Source of the DNA: Tubulanus polymorphus
Taxonomy: Eukaryota > Animalia > Nemertea
Reading direction: 5' to 3'
Assembly: GCF_964204645.1 (NCBI RefSeq)
Contig: NC_134033.1
Coordinates: 5,914,231 to 5,978,230 of the forward strand
DNA length: 64,000 nt
The number at the start of each line of letters is the position of its first letter. Position 1 is the stretch's first letter. A program made the position numbers and the translations under genes. Under the pieces are notes generated by a model that did no database searches, was not told the DNA's origin, and worked only from the letters and a program-made list of their open reading frames with translations. This document shows, piece by piece, positions 36,380-52,298 of this stretch.

Positions 36380-38350
36380 AACACAGAGTCAAAAATAAAG
36401 GACGATTTGAGACATGCAACACAGTCGTTTTTACATAGTGGAAAGACTATTTGTGGTTCTAGGATTAGTCAAAACTCCCATAGAACTCTTAAGGACTTAA
36501 AAAACTACTCAGATATCAAGGTTTGTTCTTTTGATAAAGGAAATGGTATAGTCATTATTAATTCAAATGAATATTTTGAAAAAGTAGACAACATTGTTTT
36601 TGACAAATCTAAGTTTCAGGAAATTCTGGTTAATCCTAATTTATCGCACCCAGTGATAAGAAATGAAAATTCTATCAAAAATTATATACGAAAAAATGTC
36701 AAAGACTCGATTAATGAAAAGGTATATGTCTCGATTTATCAATCTGGCAGCCAACCAGGCAATCTTAATGGCCTTAATAAAGCTCATAAACCAGGTCTTC
36801 CTTTCAGACCTGTAGTTTCAATGTTAAACACAGCAGAGTATAATTTGGCTAAATACTTGACAGTATTATCAAACCACATAACATTCCTTCTAATTACATG
36901 CTAGACAGTACCTCCAATTTTTTGGAGCGATTGAAACAATTCTATTTCAAACCTACTGATATACTACTGATCAGCTTTGACGTCGAGTCACTTTTTACTA
37001 ATGTACCATTGGGACAAACAATCAATATGATAGCAGACCATATCTATGGATCGACTACTAAACCAGATTTTGATAAGGCTACCTTTAAACAACTTATGAA
37101 AATAGCAACATGTGGAATCTTTATGTATCGCGAAAGATTTTTCCGACAGGTAGATGGAGTTTACAATGGGCAGCCCTCTAGGGCCCACAATGGCTAATTT
37201 CTGTCTGGCTTATTTTGAATCTAAGCTGCTAGATGACTGTTCTGGGAAAAGTTTCGCGCCATCGTTATACCTACGTTATGTTGATGATATTTTCTGTGTA
37301 TTCAGACGTGATTCAATACATGCATCTTTCCTGGAGAAAGTAAATGCACTACACCCAAATCTTAAATTTACTTCAGAAATAGGGCCTGTCTACACTTCCA
37401 TTTCTAGATACGTATATTTCGCTCCCAACAACGGATGATGGTACCTTCACTTCTCATGTATTTAGAAAATCAACTTACACTAGCTTGATTCTAAACTTTT
37501 CAGCTATGTGTCATCAAAAAATGGAAATTTGGCTTAATCCAATGTCTGCTCCATAGAGTATATACCATTAGCAGTAGTTGGCTTGTTTTCTCACAAGAAA
37601 TTGATTTCCTCAAAAACGTTTTCCACAAAAAATGGCTACCCACAAGATTTGTTTAATTCGTGTCTAAGGAGATTTTGGAATAACAAATGTAGTGATGATA
37701 CTCCAGCTAGTATGGTCAGGGAAGATAAGGTTAAAACACTTTTTTCATTCCTTACATAGGTTTCCCTACTATTATATTTAGCAGAAAACTCAAGAGTCTA
37801 AACAATATTACAACGTGGATATTCGTAATATTAGGAACTACTTTTCACTCAAGTCCCATATTCCTTCACCCTTGTTGGCCAATGTAATTTATAAATTCAA
37901 ATGTTTGCGTGATGCAAATAACACATACATTGGTAAAACAATGCGACATTTGGCCACAAGGGAGCATGGAATTTCGCCTTCAGAAATTAAGGAACATAAC
38001 ATCATGTAAAAATTGTGCATCAAATTTTTCTTTAAAAAACAACGCTTCGATCACTGATTCTGGAAAAAATGACTTTGAAATCACCATCAAAGAGGCATTA
38101 TATAAAAAATCTAAAAAACCAAGTATTAACAAACAACTTTCCACACATGGTGTCTCATTTTTACTGAACGTATTTTGATATGTTTATAATCCATTTGTAC
38201 TTTGTAAACTAGGCCACTTCGCCCCTGCATGATATTCTCTGTTATAGTCACAGTATACTACGCATAGTTTGTAACTTTCATGTCATTTCTTGAAAAGGAA
38301 TCAAAGCGATGATTCGAAATCGATCGAAACGTTTGAACATGTAAATAAAC
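36380..38350 (+). mobile_element. Decayed Penelope-like retroelement (RT plus GIY-YIG)
   Basis: DKGNGIVI, PFRPVVS, SFDVESLFTNVP, MGSPLGPTMAN, YVDD, VIYKFKC...YIGKTMRHL; several frameshifts. Confidence 0.9.
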
Positions 38351-40439
38351 TCATTATTATCATGAGGATTGTGATAGTTGCGTTTTTACTATTATTTATT
38401 TATATATATAGGTTTAGATTATTTTCAAACGGCCTCTTGGAAGCAGATAGATGCTTACACAGCTAAATACTCATCAGACGGTGACAAAAACATACTTCAT
38501 TGAAATTGCTATATAAAATCTTTTTATATCAAATAAACGTTGAATATTTTATCAGTTGGGGTGCCCTTCAATTTTGAGGTCCCTTAAAAATTTCAAGCTA
38601 AGAAATTTTGGACTATTTTCTGAAAATAGATCATGATTTAGGTTAAGAAACGGAAATATCAAAACTTTGGCAATGAACTATTTTTTTAAACAGAAAAAAT
38701 ATACCATTCTAGAAGATCCAAAAACCATTTGTGTATGTGGAGCTAAGAAAAAGGCCCTAAAATATGGACACACTTCCCACTCCTTCGTTTAACCCTTAGA
38801 TACGTTAACGCATAGTACATAAATTGAATATTTTTACGGTTTTTAAGGTATCAAGAAACAGCCGTATCTAATGAAATCTGAACAGTTTCACAATTTATTC
38901 GTCAAACTAAAGGTCTACAATTTAGATATTATGAGTGAATAATGTTCCAATGGCCCAGTGACTCACCAAAATGATAATCTGGGAAGAAAAAGGAAGAAAG
39001 TGAAATACGCTTTCAAAGTTGTGGCTGCTGACCTGGTCCCAATAAGAAATGGTCAGGAAGATCTTAACGAGAGCCTGGCAATGTAAATCTTAATAATCAG
39101 TCCCTGTGACAACATTGAACTTTGCCTTTGTAATGGTGGTGGGGGAGGGGGGGGGTACTTAAAGCTTAGTTGACAAAGAACCATGAGATGAGAGGTGAAA
39201 CACTTCATATAAAATTGCATGTTTTATTTATTTATTTGCATGATAAAAAGTGAATTTCTTACAATGACTTGAATCTTCAATAGTTCAGATGTACCGTCTA
39301 CCGTATACATGTATCTAGGTTATGGTTTTCCGTGAACGTCGTTATTTTCTTATGAGTTTAATGGCAGCTACTCGCTAGATCATTGCCTAAAAAGAGAGAA
39401 TTTATGTGTTACTGATGCTTTTGCATTCCATTGCCATAGCAAACTAATTAATGACCAAATATCGCGAGCTGCTAAATTACGCTAAAATATCAAGTTCGTT
39501 CGTATCATCTCGATAAAGTAGCCTGGCCACCCTCAGCTTAAGAAACGCATGTGCAATGTTCTATCAAAATCATTGAAGAAACTGTTTTCATGCACAAACA
39601 CGTATTGTAGCGACAGATTAGAAGACAAAGCAATTCAAACCCACCTTCCTATCGCTCAATCAGGTCTTTAATTATGTCGTTTTAAACTTTTTTTCGGAAA
39701 TAATTCAGTAATTTCACATTCGCTATTAAAATAGCTTCAGGGACAGCCGAAAATGTGGAGAGCTCTCAATTGGCAAGCTGGTGCTGCCATCATTAATTGG
39801 TAATGCGCAATCGCAGGGCCCAGCAGATCCACTGAGTAAAAAGTTAGTGCAGATTATGTTTTTCTTCTAAATAACTATGGTAGCAAACGAAATGGCTAAT
39901 AGGAATTTGCATTCCGATTCACCTGGCATTTTTTTGACAAACAGGTTCTGTCATCAAAGAGTGAAGGCCTTTTGATTGAATATACATTGTAATTCGTTAA
40001 TTCATCAGGAGAAACTGAGGACTTACCTCCCTCGTACATGTATCATACCCAACGACTGGTGGAAGTTAATACGCTACGGTTTCTTCGTGTACCTTGACGC
40101 CGACGGTACTCCGTATTTCACGAGTCAGTGACCAAAACATAAAAATGTAACGTGCACTTGTTTTCTTAACAGTAATTGTCAATACACAAGTTGATATTCT
40201 ACAAAATAACATAATAATTCCGGATCTATTATAGCGAGGATTCACCTGACATTTTACACAGTGCATGCGCATCTGCTTATGATTACAGAATGACAATATA
40301 CAGGATAAGCGAAAATTTTCATCCCATATGTGGTAAAGCCATACGGAATACAGAATATTTTTTACGTTTCTAATCCATTTAAAATTTGGAACTATGCCGC
40401 TAGTGTAAAATGATCGCATAACTGATTTGAACAGAATAC

Positions 40440-40720
40440 TAGAAAGTTTGTTCTGAGAACTAAGTAAATTAGCCGTAAAGGAAACAATTCTCGATTGAAT
40501 TACTAAGAAAGGGGGACCTACCAGTTTCTCCGTACAACATGGACGTTGGCGTACTATTTTGTGCTTTCAGTACGTGTCTGAAAAGTCTTTGTACAGACTC
40601 GATAAGATCTATGTTTGAGAAAAGAGGAGCATACTTATTCATTATTGCCACCGAAATAGTTCAAATGATGATTCACGATAATAAACCGTTCCTAATAAAA
40701 CTTATAATTGATTTGAAACT
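40440..40720 (-). mobile_element. L2/CR1-group LINE fragment
   Basis: IESVQRLFRHVLK..NSTPTSMLYGETGR resembles the post-RT region of these LINEs. Confidence 0.5.
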
Positions 40721-42957
40721 TCTTTCTTTGGAAGAGACGCCGTGCGACAGTTTTAATGATACACGCTAGTATTAAGAGCGCGGTATAGTACAGCGTGTAC
40801 ATATACAGGTACGTACATTATAACATGTAGATTACATACTAGCGCTGTTACGCGAACAGTTGTTGAATATACAACGTCAAAAAACTAATATTCAATAGAC
40901 AATAACAAACGAAAAAGCGCATAAAACTGTGTGGAACCAATTTACTCTGATGTCATCAAAAAAGGATGCCATTTGTCGACCGTCCATAAACGGCGTTGTA
41001 GCTGCCGGCCTCTGTCATCGTCTATCTTTTTCCAAGAATGCATTTTATTGGAAAAATAAGAGAATGACAAGACAAATCTAAGCTAAGGCTTTATTGAAAT
41101 TGCCATACTAACTAAGTTCGGGATACTAAATTAGAATGACGATTTCATTATAATTCTCACAACGCACAAACTATAAGCGAACTAAGCACGGCGCGAACGT
41201 CAAATGAATTGTTCGCCATTTGTGACTCCCATAATTACGTAAGAGGTGCCGAAATTCCGAGAACTTCCCGTATTCACGTCGGAAACACAAATATAGGTCA
41301 TCGCAAGTAACTTATAGAAAGCGGATAATTTTCGATGCTTTTCGCGTCTTTCTCGGAAAATATTGCATCGTTCGTCCGAAGCTTACCGGCCTGACCTCCG
41401 CGCCTCAATTCAAGACAACCCCGTAAGTATTACCACTGAATATTGTGCAGTAATTTAACATACTTCTGGCAGACTGCCAACCAACACCCATGACATACGT
41501 AAACCAAAACAAGAAACGAAATTCTCAATATGGACTTTCCTTAATTACATAAGTGTATGTTTAATCAGCATCAAAATTAACCAATGGTAGTCTAAGATAA
41601 GAGATTATAAGCAGAACAAATGAAGTGAAAATTATTGGATTGAATTCAAATGATGGGAGAAGACTGTACAGACTATTAGATCGAAAATAAGGACGGAAAA
41701 TATCAAGAAAAAAATGTCATTTTTCGAATTATGAGTGGAAACGCGTACCTATCTTCGGCATGGAGTTTTCTGGCAGAATTCCAGCCGTGCTCCAAGTGAT
41801 CAAAAAAGCATAAGATGTCCCCTTGATTGAATCCAGAAGTTTTCATGGAAGTAGTCTGTCTATTGATACGAACTGCATGATGATTCATCATGAATATACA
41901 CGGTAGCGGGTATTCCCCACTGACTCAAATAAAAACTCTCCACGTTCGTGGTGTGACGATTTCTATACACTGTGTACGAAGTTTGTTAGTCAAATTATTT
42001 TCGTCAATTGAACATATTCCAAGATTCACTCCCCACTTTCGCAATTTTACTGCTCTTCTATAAAATTCACTGCTTTTCACGGCCGGCCGCGACGCACCCT
42101 GGCAGATGAATCATTTGCAGTTGTTTCCAAGAAAACTTTAACTAGCTTTTCATATACATGCACAGATCAATGCACGACATTGCTGCGAGTATATGAGTCT
42201 CGCTGGTGTGTGAAGCATGAATAATATGTAAAAGGGCATGTGTTCTTCCGAAACGAGATGTAGTACCAACAACAAATAAATAACTAAATTGATAAATAAG
42301 CAACGGATTCCGATAAAATTCAATAGAGTTAGAACTTTTATTACTGCATTGAATGTTTTAAAAGTTTCGAAGAGAAACTAGGCCTCGTTTGGAAGTTATT
42401 TTGTACCAAAGGTAGAAGGTTTCATATGCGATAACAAAATGGACTTCGCTAAAGCGAAAGTCCATAAAAATTAGGATATTAGCAATGCTTACCAGCGGCT
42501 TACGTTACTGTCATCCGTAAATCTGCAATATAAGACTTGCTCACTCATTGCTGATGAAATTTTTATTTTATCAATATCGTTCCATTATAATCACGAGGTG
42601 CCTGGACCTCTCCCATGGGTTCACAGCGTTCATCGCACCGTCAGGTTCCGGTCATCGATTTTTCATTGCTATCATAATTGAAATGTCATATGCCATATAT
42701 GTAAGTGTTATTGCTTTCGATGACGAAAATAATAGAAAAAAATAATCGTGATGATAGACATCACCATTTCTTGAATTCCTGCCCGTCAGTTCAGTCGAAT
42801 CGTGAGATGTCATCCTCTAGGGTAGCAACCCTCGAAGCAACTCATGTGAAATCACCAAGGTAGTTTAACAAACGCGGGCGAATTGTAGCAGCGGAGATGG
42901 CCATGGTACGTCATGTCATTTGGGGGGTACTGGTTTACTCGACCCAGAGCATCAAAT

Positions 42958-45900
42958 TATAAAATCACAATCATGCAAGTCATGTAACTTACCATTATCT
43001 TGTGCGTTTATTTCGTCAGCAAAAGTGAGACGTATAAATCTTTTGAATCGATGCTAAAACTTTCTACGAAAATGAATGCCATGACAGAACGACAGCAACA
43101 ACAACAACAACAACATGCTGATCTGTCCTTATTGGGATGCGCGATACTTTGCCCAACGTGGTATCAAACTTGTAACTATATGACTTACAACTCCGAAAAT
43201 AGAAGTTGTGGGATTCCTTTCAGAAACTATTCTGATGTTCTCGTGTTATACGATCTGGATATTCCAAGGGTCCCAGCATTCTTTGAAGAGATGTTCATGA
43301 CCGGTAAGTAGTTGTCAGTGGTGGGTTAGTCAACCTACCTTTTGATTGTTAGTTTTGCTACGACGTATAACTGTGTATGTTTAACATGTTCTAAGTTCTG
43401 TTGTTGCGGATTATGGCAGTGAGATACAAGAAAGGGACTTCCTGTATCGTAATCACATACTCTTTTTTATCTTTTAACAGCTGAATGAGATATTTTGGAT
43501 TTTGGCCCATAAATCTACTAAAACCGCTACCTTTGCGCTCGCATAACCACATTTCTTATAAACAGTTTGTCAGCTGTCTGGTAAATGGTAAATACATGTG
43601 GTGAAACACCTACCGCATATATTGGAACTAAATATTTCGGAAAGTTTTTTTTTTTCTCAGAACGTGTCGGAAAAATGTTTTTGCAACAGAAAATGAGAAG
43701 AAACTACACGTTTGTGCAAAAAGGCATGAAGCTCAAACCACGTACTAAATGAAAATATTTCGTACAGGTGGTATTCGTATGAATTAATCTTTCTTTTACC
43801 ATTTCCCATCCATTTTAAAACATTGCGGTGATAATTTTCATGCGTTGTTGGGTGGGGGCGTACTGTATTCACTTCGTCGTCCGTTCGTCCGTCCATCCGT
43901 CTGTTCGTCCGCAGAGGTTTCCGTATCCTAGCACAGACCCTTTAACAGATTTTCCTCAAATTCAACTGTTGTGCTGAACGATATGAGGTAAATAATTGAG
44001 TCGATTTTGGGTCCTGTAGATCCAGGGTCAGGGTCACAGGAAGCCATTTTGTAAATGGTATTTCCGGGTTCTAGCTCGTAAACGGTTTGAGATAACAAAC
44101 TGAAATTCTGGATGAATTATTATAGAGACTGTGGGTAACTGCTTATATTTCGGGTCATGTAGGTCCAAGGTCAAGGACACACAGGACTGACTGATCAGGT
44201 GAATGACTGATAAGATTTCTGCTCCTGAAGGTCAAAGTTCTAGGTCATCTGTTTTGTATTTCTTATTTCCTGCATTCAATCATAAACGGGTCGACATACG
44301 CTCGGGTGTATATTACACCCAGGCATTTCACCTAACGTGAGGCATTAGTTATCTTCAGCGACATTCGGTTTTTTTATTTTCGGCCTAGCTCAATTTTACC
44401 ATACTTCAGGTAATTAAGAAAAGTCCTCAAGATAGCGATGGTGCAAGTTTTCCTGAATTTACGATTATGTAGTAGAACCCCTTCGTTGATGCAACCAGGC
44501 ATGATCTTTCAAAGGCCACTTTCAGTACTGCGTAAAATAGAGACATACTTGTAGCTTAAATTGTTTTCTCTTTTGCTGATGCGTTGGTTCCGTTGTTCAT
44601 AGCTACCTCTGGAGACCGCGATTTATCTCCTGGTAGACCTTTATGATGGTTGGATAGGTGCACCATCTACAGAAGAACCACCACCTGGGGTGTAAAATAT
44701 AGATGTAAATGTATCTGGAAAAGTCCAGTCGTTGCACAGTGGAACCCCTTAGGTCTTAAAAAGGTATGGCATATATTGTTAGATACCCATACAGCCTCGA
44801 AGGTGACATGGTGAAAATGAATATTTCCTTTTTTCGTGGGAACGAAATAATCTTTCTGTCTGAAATGATATTTCCGTGGGAACGAAAACTTTTTCGTTCA
44901 AACCAATTAATCTTTTCGTTGTGAAAAGCGGTGGCATGGAGACATTGTAAAAATATTGATTTTTACCTTCATGACGTAGTCATGAAGGTTATAAGATGGT
45001 AGTGAGTCGATGACGTCATTTTCGTGTCGCCACTTATAACTTGTTGGTTGGAGTTCAGAGGAAGATTTGTCAAACGAATAAATACTTCAATCTTATTTAA
45101 TGCATAGTGTGAAATTTCGCTTTTTTAAGATATTTCCCTAAATTATAAGAAAATGCCGAAAGTTAGACCGTGGGAAAGTTTTTATCGTTGAATGGGCGAA
45201 TCACGGCGGCAGAGTGCACCTGCGATAAGGCGGAAATAGTTCAATGTGAAGGCGAAGATTTTAAATGATTAGACAGTCGGATGTGGTATATCAACTTTTT
45301 TCAACTATAGTGCTGCTATTTCCCCAATCAACTTGATAGATTTCGATTGTTTCTCATAAGTCAACACTTGTTATTCAAGTATGATTTTAATGTGTGTAGA
45401 GATACATCGTGACTAGCGTATTGAATGGCGGCGCCATGTTTAAGCTGCGCGTTGATAGTTGAATAGTGGAATTATAGGGTGGAATTATCTTGATTGTATC
45501 CATACGAAGCTCATTAAAGGTTAGTGTCAACAAATGGTCCATTACAGTCGCTCTAATTTATGTGGAGAGACCCTCTTAACCGGCCTACTTGACTGACCTT
45601 GCTTGAGCGGTCGCTGCCGGCGCGCTGCTTCAAAGTTATGAATAAAGTACTGTACAACTGATTGTTAACATGCAACAAATACACCACTAATGAAATATTC
45701 CGGATTGATCCACCGCATAGTTTTTTCATAGTGAGCATTTTAGTATATGAATCAATTGAGATGATTGACAGACGCGGGTGCGGTCGGCGGACCAGCTGTT
45801 GAAGAAATTCGATGTAAACAATAATTTTAACCACGTGCGCGATGAAAACAGGGACATCAAACTAAGAAGCACTTTTTGATTACATGTGATTTGAATAGGC

Positions 45901-48538
45901 ATCTGTGCTAGTTTTTCAAAAAGTCGTATCTTAATTGACTCCTATTACATAGGCCTAAGCCAGGAACTCTGGAATTGAATTGAATTCGACACAGTAATTC
46001 GCCTGTAATTTGCGATTAATCTTTTTGAAAATTAGCAGAAGATTGGGTCTGGCGAGATGTCCACCCATATTGTAAAAAAATGGCATTGGTGATCAAATAT
46101 GGCTGCCATTGGGGTGGCCATGTTGAATTTCTTGTATGCACGATGCAGCCCGCAATTCTTGATGGATTTCCACACAATTTGGTGTGAGGATCAGGGTCAA
46201 ACTGTCCATGCCTTTTGGTCATCGGCCTTCAAATATGGCCGTCAGGTCAGCCATCTTGAATTTCTAGCACGAAACGGCCTGCAATTCTTGATGCATTTTC
46301 AAGATACTAGGTGTAAGAAGTTTGGTAGGAAATGTCTACCCCTTGTGTCCACCAGGGATGCCATCCATCTTAAGGGCAGCTAAAATGGGCTTGTCTTTTC
46401 ATGTAAGGATATATTAACAGAAAATGAATATTATCGCCACATAGCCTATACCTCTTAACTATCCAATTTCCGGTTCTGACTAGCGCCATCAAACGAGTAA
46501 TTCAAGAACTTGAATTTGTCGATATCCCGTATTAGTCCATCCGATCGAGGGACGCTCGTTTGAATTTTCAACGCGGCAAAACTCGTTAAATCTTGCATCT
46601 TTGCGATGACTGGTTTTCGCAAAATCGATTACTCTCATCAACATGGAATGATTAAACACGCGATTCGCCAATAAATTATTTTTCAGTAGGAGAGTAAGTC
46701 TTTGGAGAGGATTTTCTGTAATTTACGTTAAGCAATAACTGAAAGTTTCCTTTCTTGTAGTCCGGGACCATTGAAGTAATTTATACTACCTTGTTTGCCC
46801 TTTTACGATCTTGTTTTGTTCATTATATGCTTAGTCAGTGCTGTTCATAGAATAGAATATATTTCGTCTAATGAAAAAATGTCCACTACGAAATTATCTA
46901 TCAGATGAAAACTATCGAAATGAAGCTCTATAATGTCGGTTGCTGATGGCTAACAGCTATCTTCAGATGGAATGACCAGAAACAGAAAAATCATATCAAC
47001 TCACATGACATCTAGCCCCAGTTTTTTTTTTCAGAAACAAAAACAATTAGGGGTAGGGCCTACCTTAACACAACAATAAACAGTTTAGATACTTTAGTGG
47101 CAATAGATAGCAGAGTAACACACGGTAAAATAAATCGCAGTCTAATACACAGTGTCTAGTATCTAGTAGATATTCGATTATGCGGAGAAAACCCCGTCTT
47201 CAAATTAGTAGATACGTTATGAATATTATATTCCCAATGATAGATGGGTTCCGAATTCTGAAAATCAAATTGGTTGTTGGTATTGGCTGCGAATACATAT
47301 TTTAGGATTTACGTTTATATGAATGAATTCAATGATAAAATAAATATACGTATGCCATTCACCAGGATCAATATGTCGCCTTATAGAATAATGATATGAT
47401 AAACTGTGTTCATTTAATTCTACCTAAAATAAAGTTATTTAATAATAAATAATAACTTTATTTCGAATAGGCTTATTAATTGGGCCTGGCCTATTAACTG
47501 TTAGGCCCTACTGTAAATATTTATTAGCTGTGAATTGTATATCGAATTATAAATTTTAGCGTTGAAATTGGTTTTCAAAGGATTTGGTTTCCTTTACCTT
47601 AATTAAATAATAAAACATTTTTATTTTCAACACATTTGTTTGGTTTTATGGCCATAAGGAATCCCCTGTTTGATACATGTACCGTACACGTATGTCTACC
47701 CCGGGATGCGGCTCGTATTGCCTTGCTCCAACTATAAGTTCAGATTAATCTAAAATCAGTCATGATTCAAAAGTTCCTAATTCTCTCTCTTGGAAATGGC
47801 TGGTTGAATACCGAGTGACGGCATCGTAAAATAGGACTGTGGTACCGGTACCCGGCAGTTAAAACTGACCCCGCTGGGACGTTAGATCAGAGACTTGTGA
47901 TATCTTTTGTAGCCCTAATCTACTGAGCCATGGCTCTTAGCCATATGTTTCATTGTTATTTCAGTAATTTATTTGATTACATTCGGGTCTTGAAAAATAA
48001 CAGTAAAGTTAAATTGAATTGAATATATTTTGGCCTTTACGGCTTCCCATAGTCACTCTCCTAGGAGCGCCACTGCATATGAACTTTGAACTAAAATGGT
48101 TGGCAGCCGCTCGAAATATACGCACATTTCGCGAAACAATAGGATATTTCTCAGGCCTACGGATGCGATAAGGTAAGTCTATAGCACCCTCAGAATGATA
48201 ATAACACACTGATTATAAATCAGTTGCTCGATACTTACCTCAAATGATCATTAAGTCGTAGATGAAGATTTAATCGTCTTTTACTAGGTGATTGTTAAGC
48301 GCCATCTAGTGGTCATTGGCAACCACGAGAAAAATGGCATTAGAGATAACGAAATTCTCTATTCAGTTTGACGTTCGACAATAAACGCAGATTTTTTGTC
48401 AATTTGGCTTTCGGTGGATGCCAAAATGATTTATTATGGATGACAGTTCAAGATCCGAAGCCTCAGTCGGGTCTTGTAGTTACGATAGAAGAACGAATAC
48501 ACCTTTAATAGCTTATTCTCCATTTAAAACGAAAACAG
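42958..48538 (+). pseudogene. Pseudogenised paralog of the PAN-domain secreted-protein gene (exon remnants 42958-43303, 44579-44763, 46608-46693, 48367-48538)
   Basis: Close match to the 57410 gene but ATG lost, TAA at 42985, acceptor AG to TG at 44577, half of exon 3 missing, TAA at 46653. Confidence 0.85.
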
Positions 48539-51500
48539 GTGAGGCGAAGCCATTGTACACCTATATACGTATCGTACTTGAGACCCGTACTAAGTACTAA
48601 GTAGAAATTTGCCCAGAAAAAGTTATGCATATTCCAACAAAAAAAGAATCAATAAAGACTCATGTTATTAGAATTTAAATGAAGAGACGAGTAGTACTTT
48701 AAAGGTTAACTATTTATTTCGACGCACGAGCTTTCGCTTCTAATGTATAGAAGCTTCAATGAGTGAATTATTAGAATTGGTACATTTAGTAAATTCCGGA
48801 AACAAAACCTAGTCTTAAGAACTACCATTAACCAAGTTTCAAAGAATTTTGTTCCCTTATGATATTGAATGGTGTGAAATTGAAGTGTCCCTAATGATAT
48901 ATCTTTATGTAAGTTCAACTAACTTACCCAGTTAGTGATGATAGTTGAATAATTAACAAAATAATAGTTGGAATATCGTTTAGGACAAATTAGGATTTTA
49001 CCGGGTAAGTTTTTTTCCTAATAGGCTACCTTTTTTAAGAGCATGCATCCCGAGATACGTATACAAAAATTCGTTTGACGCTAAATGCAGAGTTTTCACG
49101 GTAGAACATATTTGGACATCAATTAATCACGTGAAGGGGATGAAATGACAATTTGTCACTGCTGAGCTTATTTTCCTTCACTGAACTTTTTCTAAGTTTT
49201 TTCAATATTCTCTAATCCGACAGTATATACGCTGCGTACTAACTGTACACAATTATATATTTTAGAACACGATCGATTTCACTGAATTTAGCCTCATCAT
49301 GTAGGATAAAATGAACTTCTGTTGATATTGCGATTGTGCTGTCGTTAGCTGTCGCATAGCTTATTCGAATCGCTATCGAAAGTAATCAAACAATGGTCAC
49401 ATGTGTCAATGAACTTATCGCTTTCCGATTGCTTAATCGCCAAATTTGCATTCGAAATATTAAGCCAATCTATTCTAATTCATACCTAGTCGTGTTATAA
49501 GCAATTCAAGCGTTTAGTTTGTACTTTAAAATAGAATGAAATAGATTGATTGATGAAATACAAAACAAGTCAAACAAACTCAACTAACTGACTACTGCTG
49601 TGTTATTTATATTTGATGAAAGAACATCTAGTTACTGACATTGGCTCGCGCCTTGATTATTGTCTAAGTTGTACTATAACTTACATGCCAATGGATGTTT
49701 ACATGCGCCTCTCTGATTGGCTAGAATCCTTGCATTCGATAGAAACTGACGGCATCAGTGAACTAACGGGGAAATTAGAATTGTATGTTTGTCCACGGAT
49801 TCTTCGTTTTTGAGTCCATGGTTTTGGCTCTGGTTTTATCGTGAGTTTGATTAACGTACATTGTAGAGAACAATGGTGGGGATTCGAATAACGTGCATCT
49901 TTTATTCAGAAAGAGTATCATTACGTATATACATGTAGAAATTAATACAATAACTTTAATCAGAATCATCTCATCACGCAGAACCAGTGAAATAGCCGTT
50001 GTAAAGCCGCAAAGTAAATTGAATGAAATTGACATAATGTCAACGTCTTACGGTCAACAAATGAAACATATTGTACAATAATGAACGAATCAATGAGTAG
50101 TGCTCACGCATTTGTTTCCATTTCATAAGAATCAATTCCAAACAGATGGTTCAGATTCGAATTTTTGCTTCTTCGTTATGCAAAGTTTTTTTTTATACCA
50201 GGGACTCTTAAACGATTTAGGTTTTAGAGTCCATGGTTATATGAATATCTTATGATTTCTCAACTTTCATCAAATACTTAGGAATGCCATTGAAAGATTT
50301 TCAAACCATTAAACGTTTGGGTAAAAAGTTCTGCTAAATTTGATTACCATCGGCTTTTTAGATAATCTCCACGAAGGTCACAATTTTAGTGATTTTACCT
50401 TGGGAGGTTTAAACCTCCCGAATCCAATTTGCGAAATATCGGTCCTCTTTGTCGGCGGTAATGAAAGAATACATAGAGCGAAGTTTCTATTGTGCGCCGG
50501 CAGCATTTTGTTCATAAATAGCTTACGTAATAAATTGAAAGTCGAGATCACAGGCGGATATAGCACTCTATGGCCCACGTTCAATTCATAAACTGGTCCA
50601 CAAATAAAGTGTTTAGAAGTATAATTGACACGTTTGTACGATTTTGCGCTGTAAATTTATCATTTTTTTGGACTCAAGGACCAGGAATTGGCAATATTTT
50701 TGATACAAACTGAGAAAGTATCAAAACATTTGGGAACGTGTTACTTGTGTTTGTCGATGGAAAGGTTTCATTTTGAGTCTCGTGTAGTAAGCTAGGTTCA
50801 TTTGCAGATAATTAAGCGCTGTGAAACTATTGCAATTTTATCGTTAACCCTTATTCACTGTATATAAGCATGTGATCGATAGTACTGTATTAGCAATTGA
50901 TGAATTGTTAACGATAATGATGTACATTTAAAATCTGCTTTGTCTTTGTCTCAGGCATTTCAAAACTGCAGTATTTTGTCATAGATTTATAGAATCTATG
51001 AACAATTCTGCACCAGACAGGCAGGATTTTGTTTTTACTTTAAGCTAATTCAATGATTTAAAAAAAAATGAAATTTCTAAAGCAAGCCAGCATTATAACC
51101 TACTGACTGCGTATTGATGTTTTTAAGTGCTATATATTGCCGGTAATTCAATCCAGCGTGAAATCGATAATTACCGATCTCTAAACGACAATGCTGTTTG
51201 GCAATAACGCTATGGATACGGTGTTATATACGGTATCTACTTTAATTTAGTACCGTTGCGTGAAACAGCTAAATATTAGCTAGAGGGATGGTTTCAGCAA
51301 TTTTGCTCAAATTTAGCACACATATGTTTGGACTCGTAGTGGGAAAAACTAAAGGTTATCGTTTGGTTGGACTGTTTTTGACAGATTGACGCTGTTTTCT
51401 ATGAACAATATCGAATTATTTCCATTTATTTGTTCAAAATACCTGGTAGGTGTTTGGCCCAGCTAATATACATAAATACTAGCATACAGTTTGTTTGGAG

Positions 51501-52298
51501 CATTTTCTCATTCTTGATTGTCAGGTCGATGATAAGGAATTCAAAAGGGCTGGACAATGTTTGCTGTTGATGTTATTTTTAGATCAGAATTGTCCTAACA
51601 CGATGCTTAGTCCGCGAGGTATTTGAACTGATGAATTCAGATACCTAAGATATTAACTGAACCAATACCTGTGTGTTCCAATACCTATGCAACACAAATT
51701 GAAAACGATAGTAAACATGATGCATGGTGTGATATGAATATAATAGTTTCAAGGCAGCAATAACAGGTTTTCTGCCTTGCTGGTTATATACAAAGTTACC
51801 GTTGGAATCAGTCTCATCAGTTGATAGAATAGGAGTTGCTTCTTAAAAGCATCGTCCAGTAGATAAAACCATGAACTACAAATACAATTTAGAGGAATTC
51901 ATTGAGTTGCATCTTCGCCCGCGTCAATAGTTTCGAACCCTCTACTCTACTGCTACGTTCAAAACCAATCAGTGATTTGTTCGCGGATTTAAATTCGTTT
52001 TTAATCCATTCGATTCATCATTTTCTAGAGGATGTAAATATTTAGGTCACATTTTTACAACACGGATATTCAAAACACTCGTTGTGATGATGTTAATTTG
52101 TTCTATTGAATTTTTACACAAATTGTTGTAATCATCTTTGTACCCCTATTAAGCGCGGTAAGAGTGTAAATAAATCTTATTCCATCTACCTTATCTCATA
52201 TTGTTACAAAGTCAAACGTCATTTGAAGAATCGAGTTAAGGGCTACTGAACGCAATTTCAACCACCACTATTTCTTATATTCATACGATCGACGAGCT

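Noticed and set aside
38285-38335. Hammerhead ribozyme at the 3' end of the Penelope-like element
   Set aside because: There is a GAATC/GATTC stem followed by GAAA, but the core reads CTTGAAAAG instead of CTGANGA; too degenerate to call.
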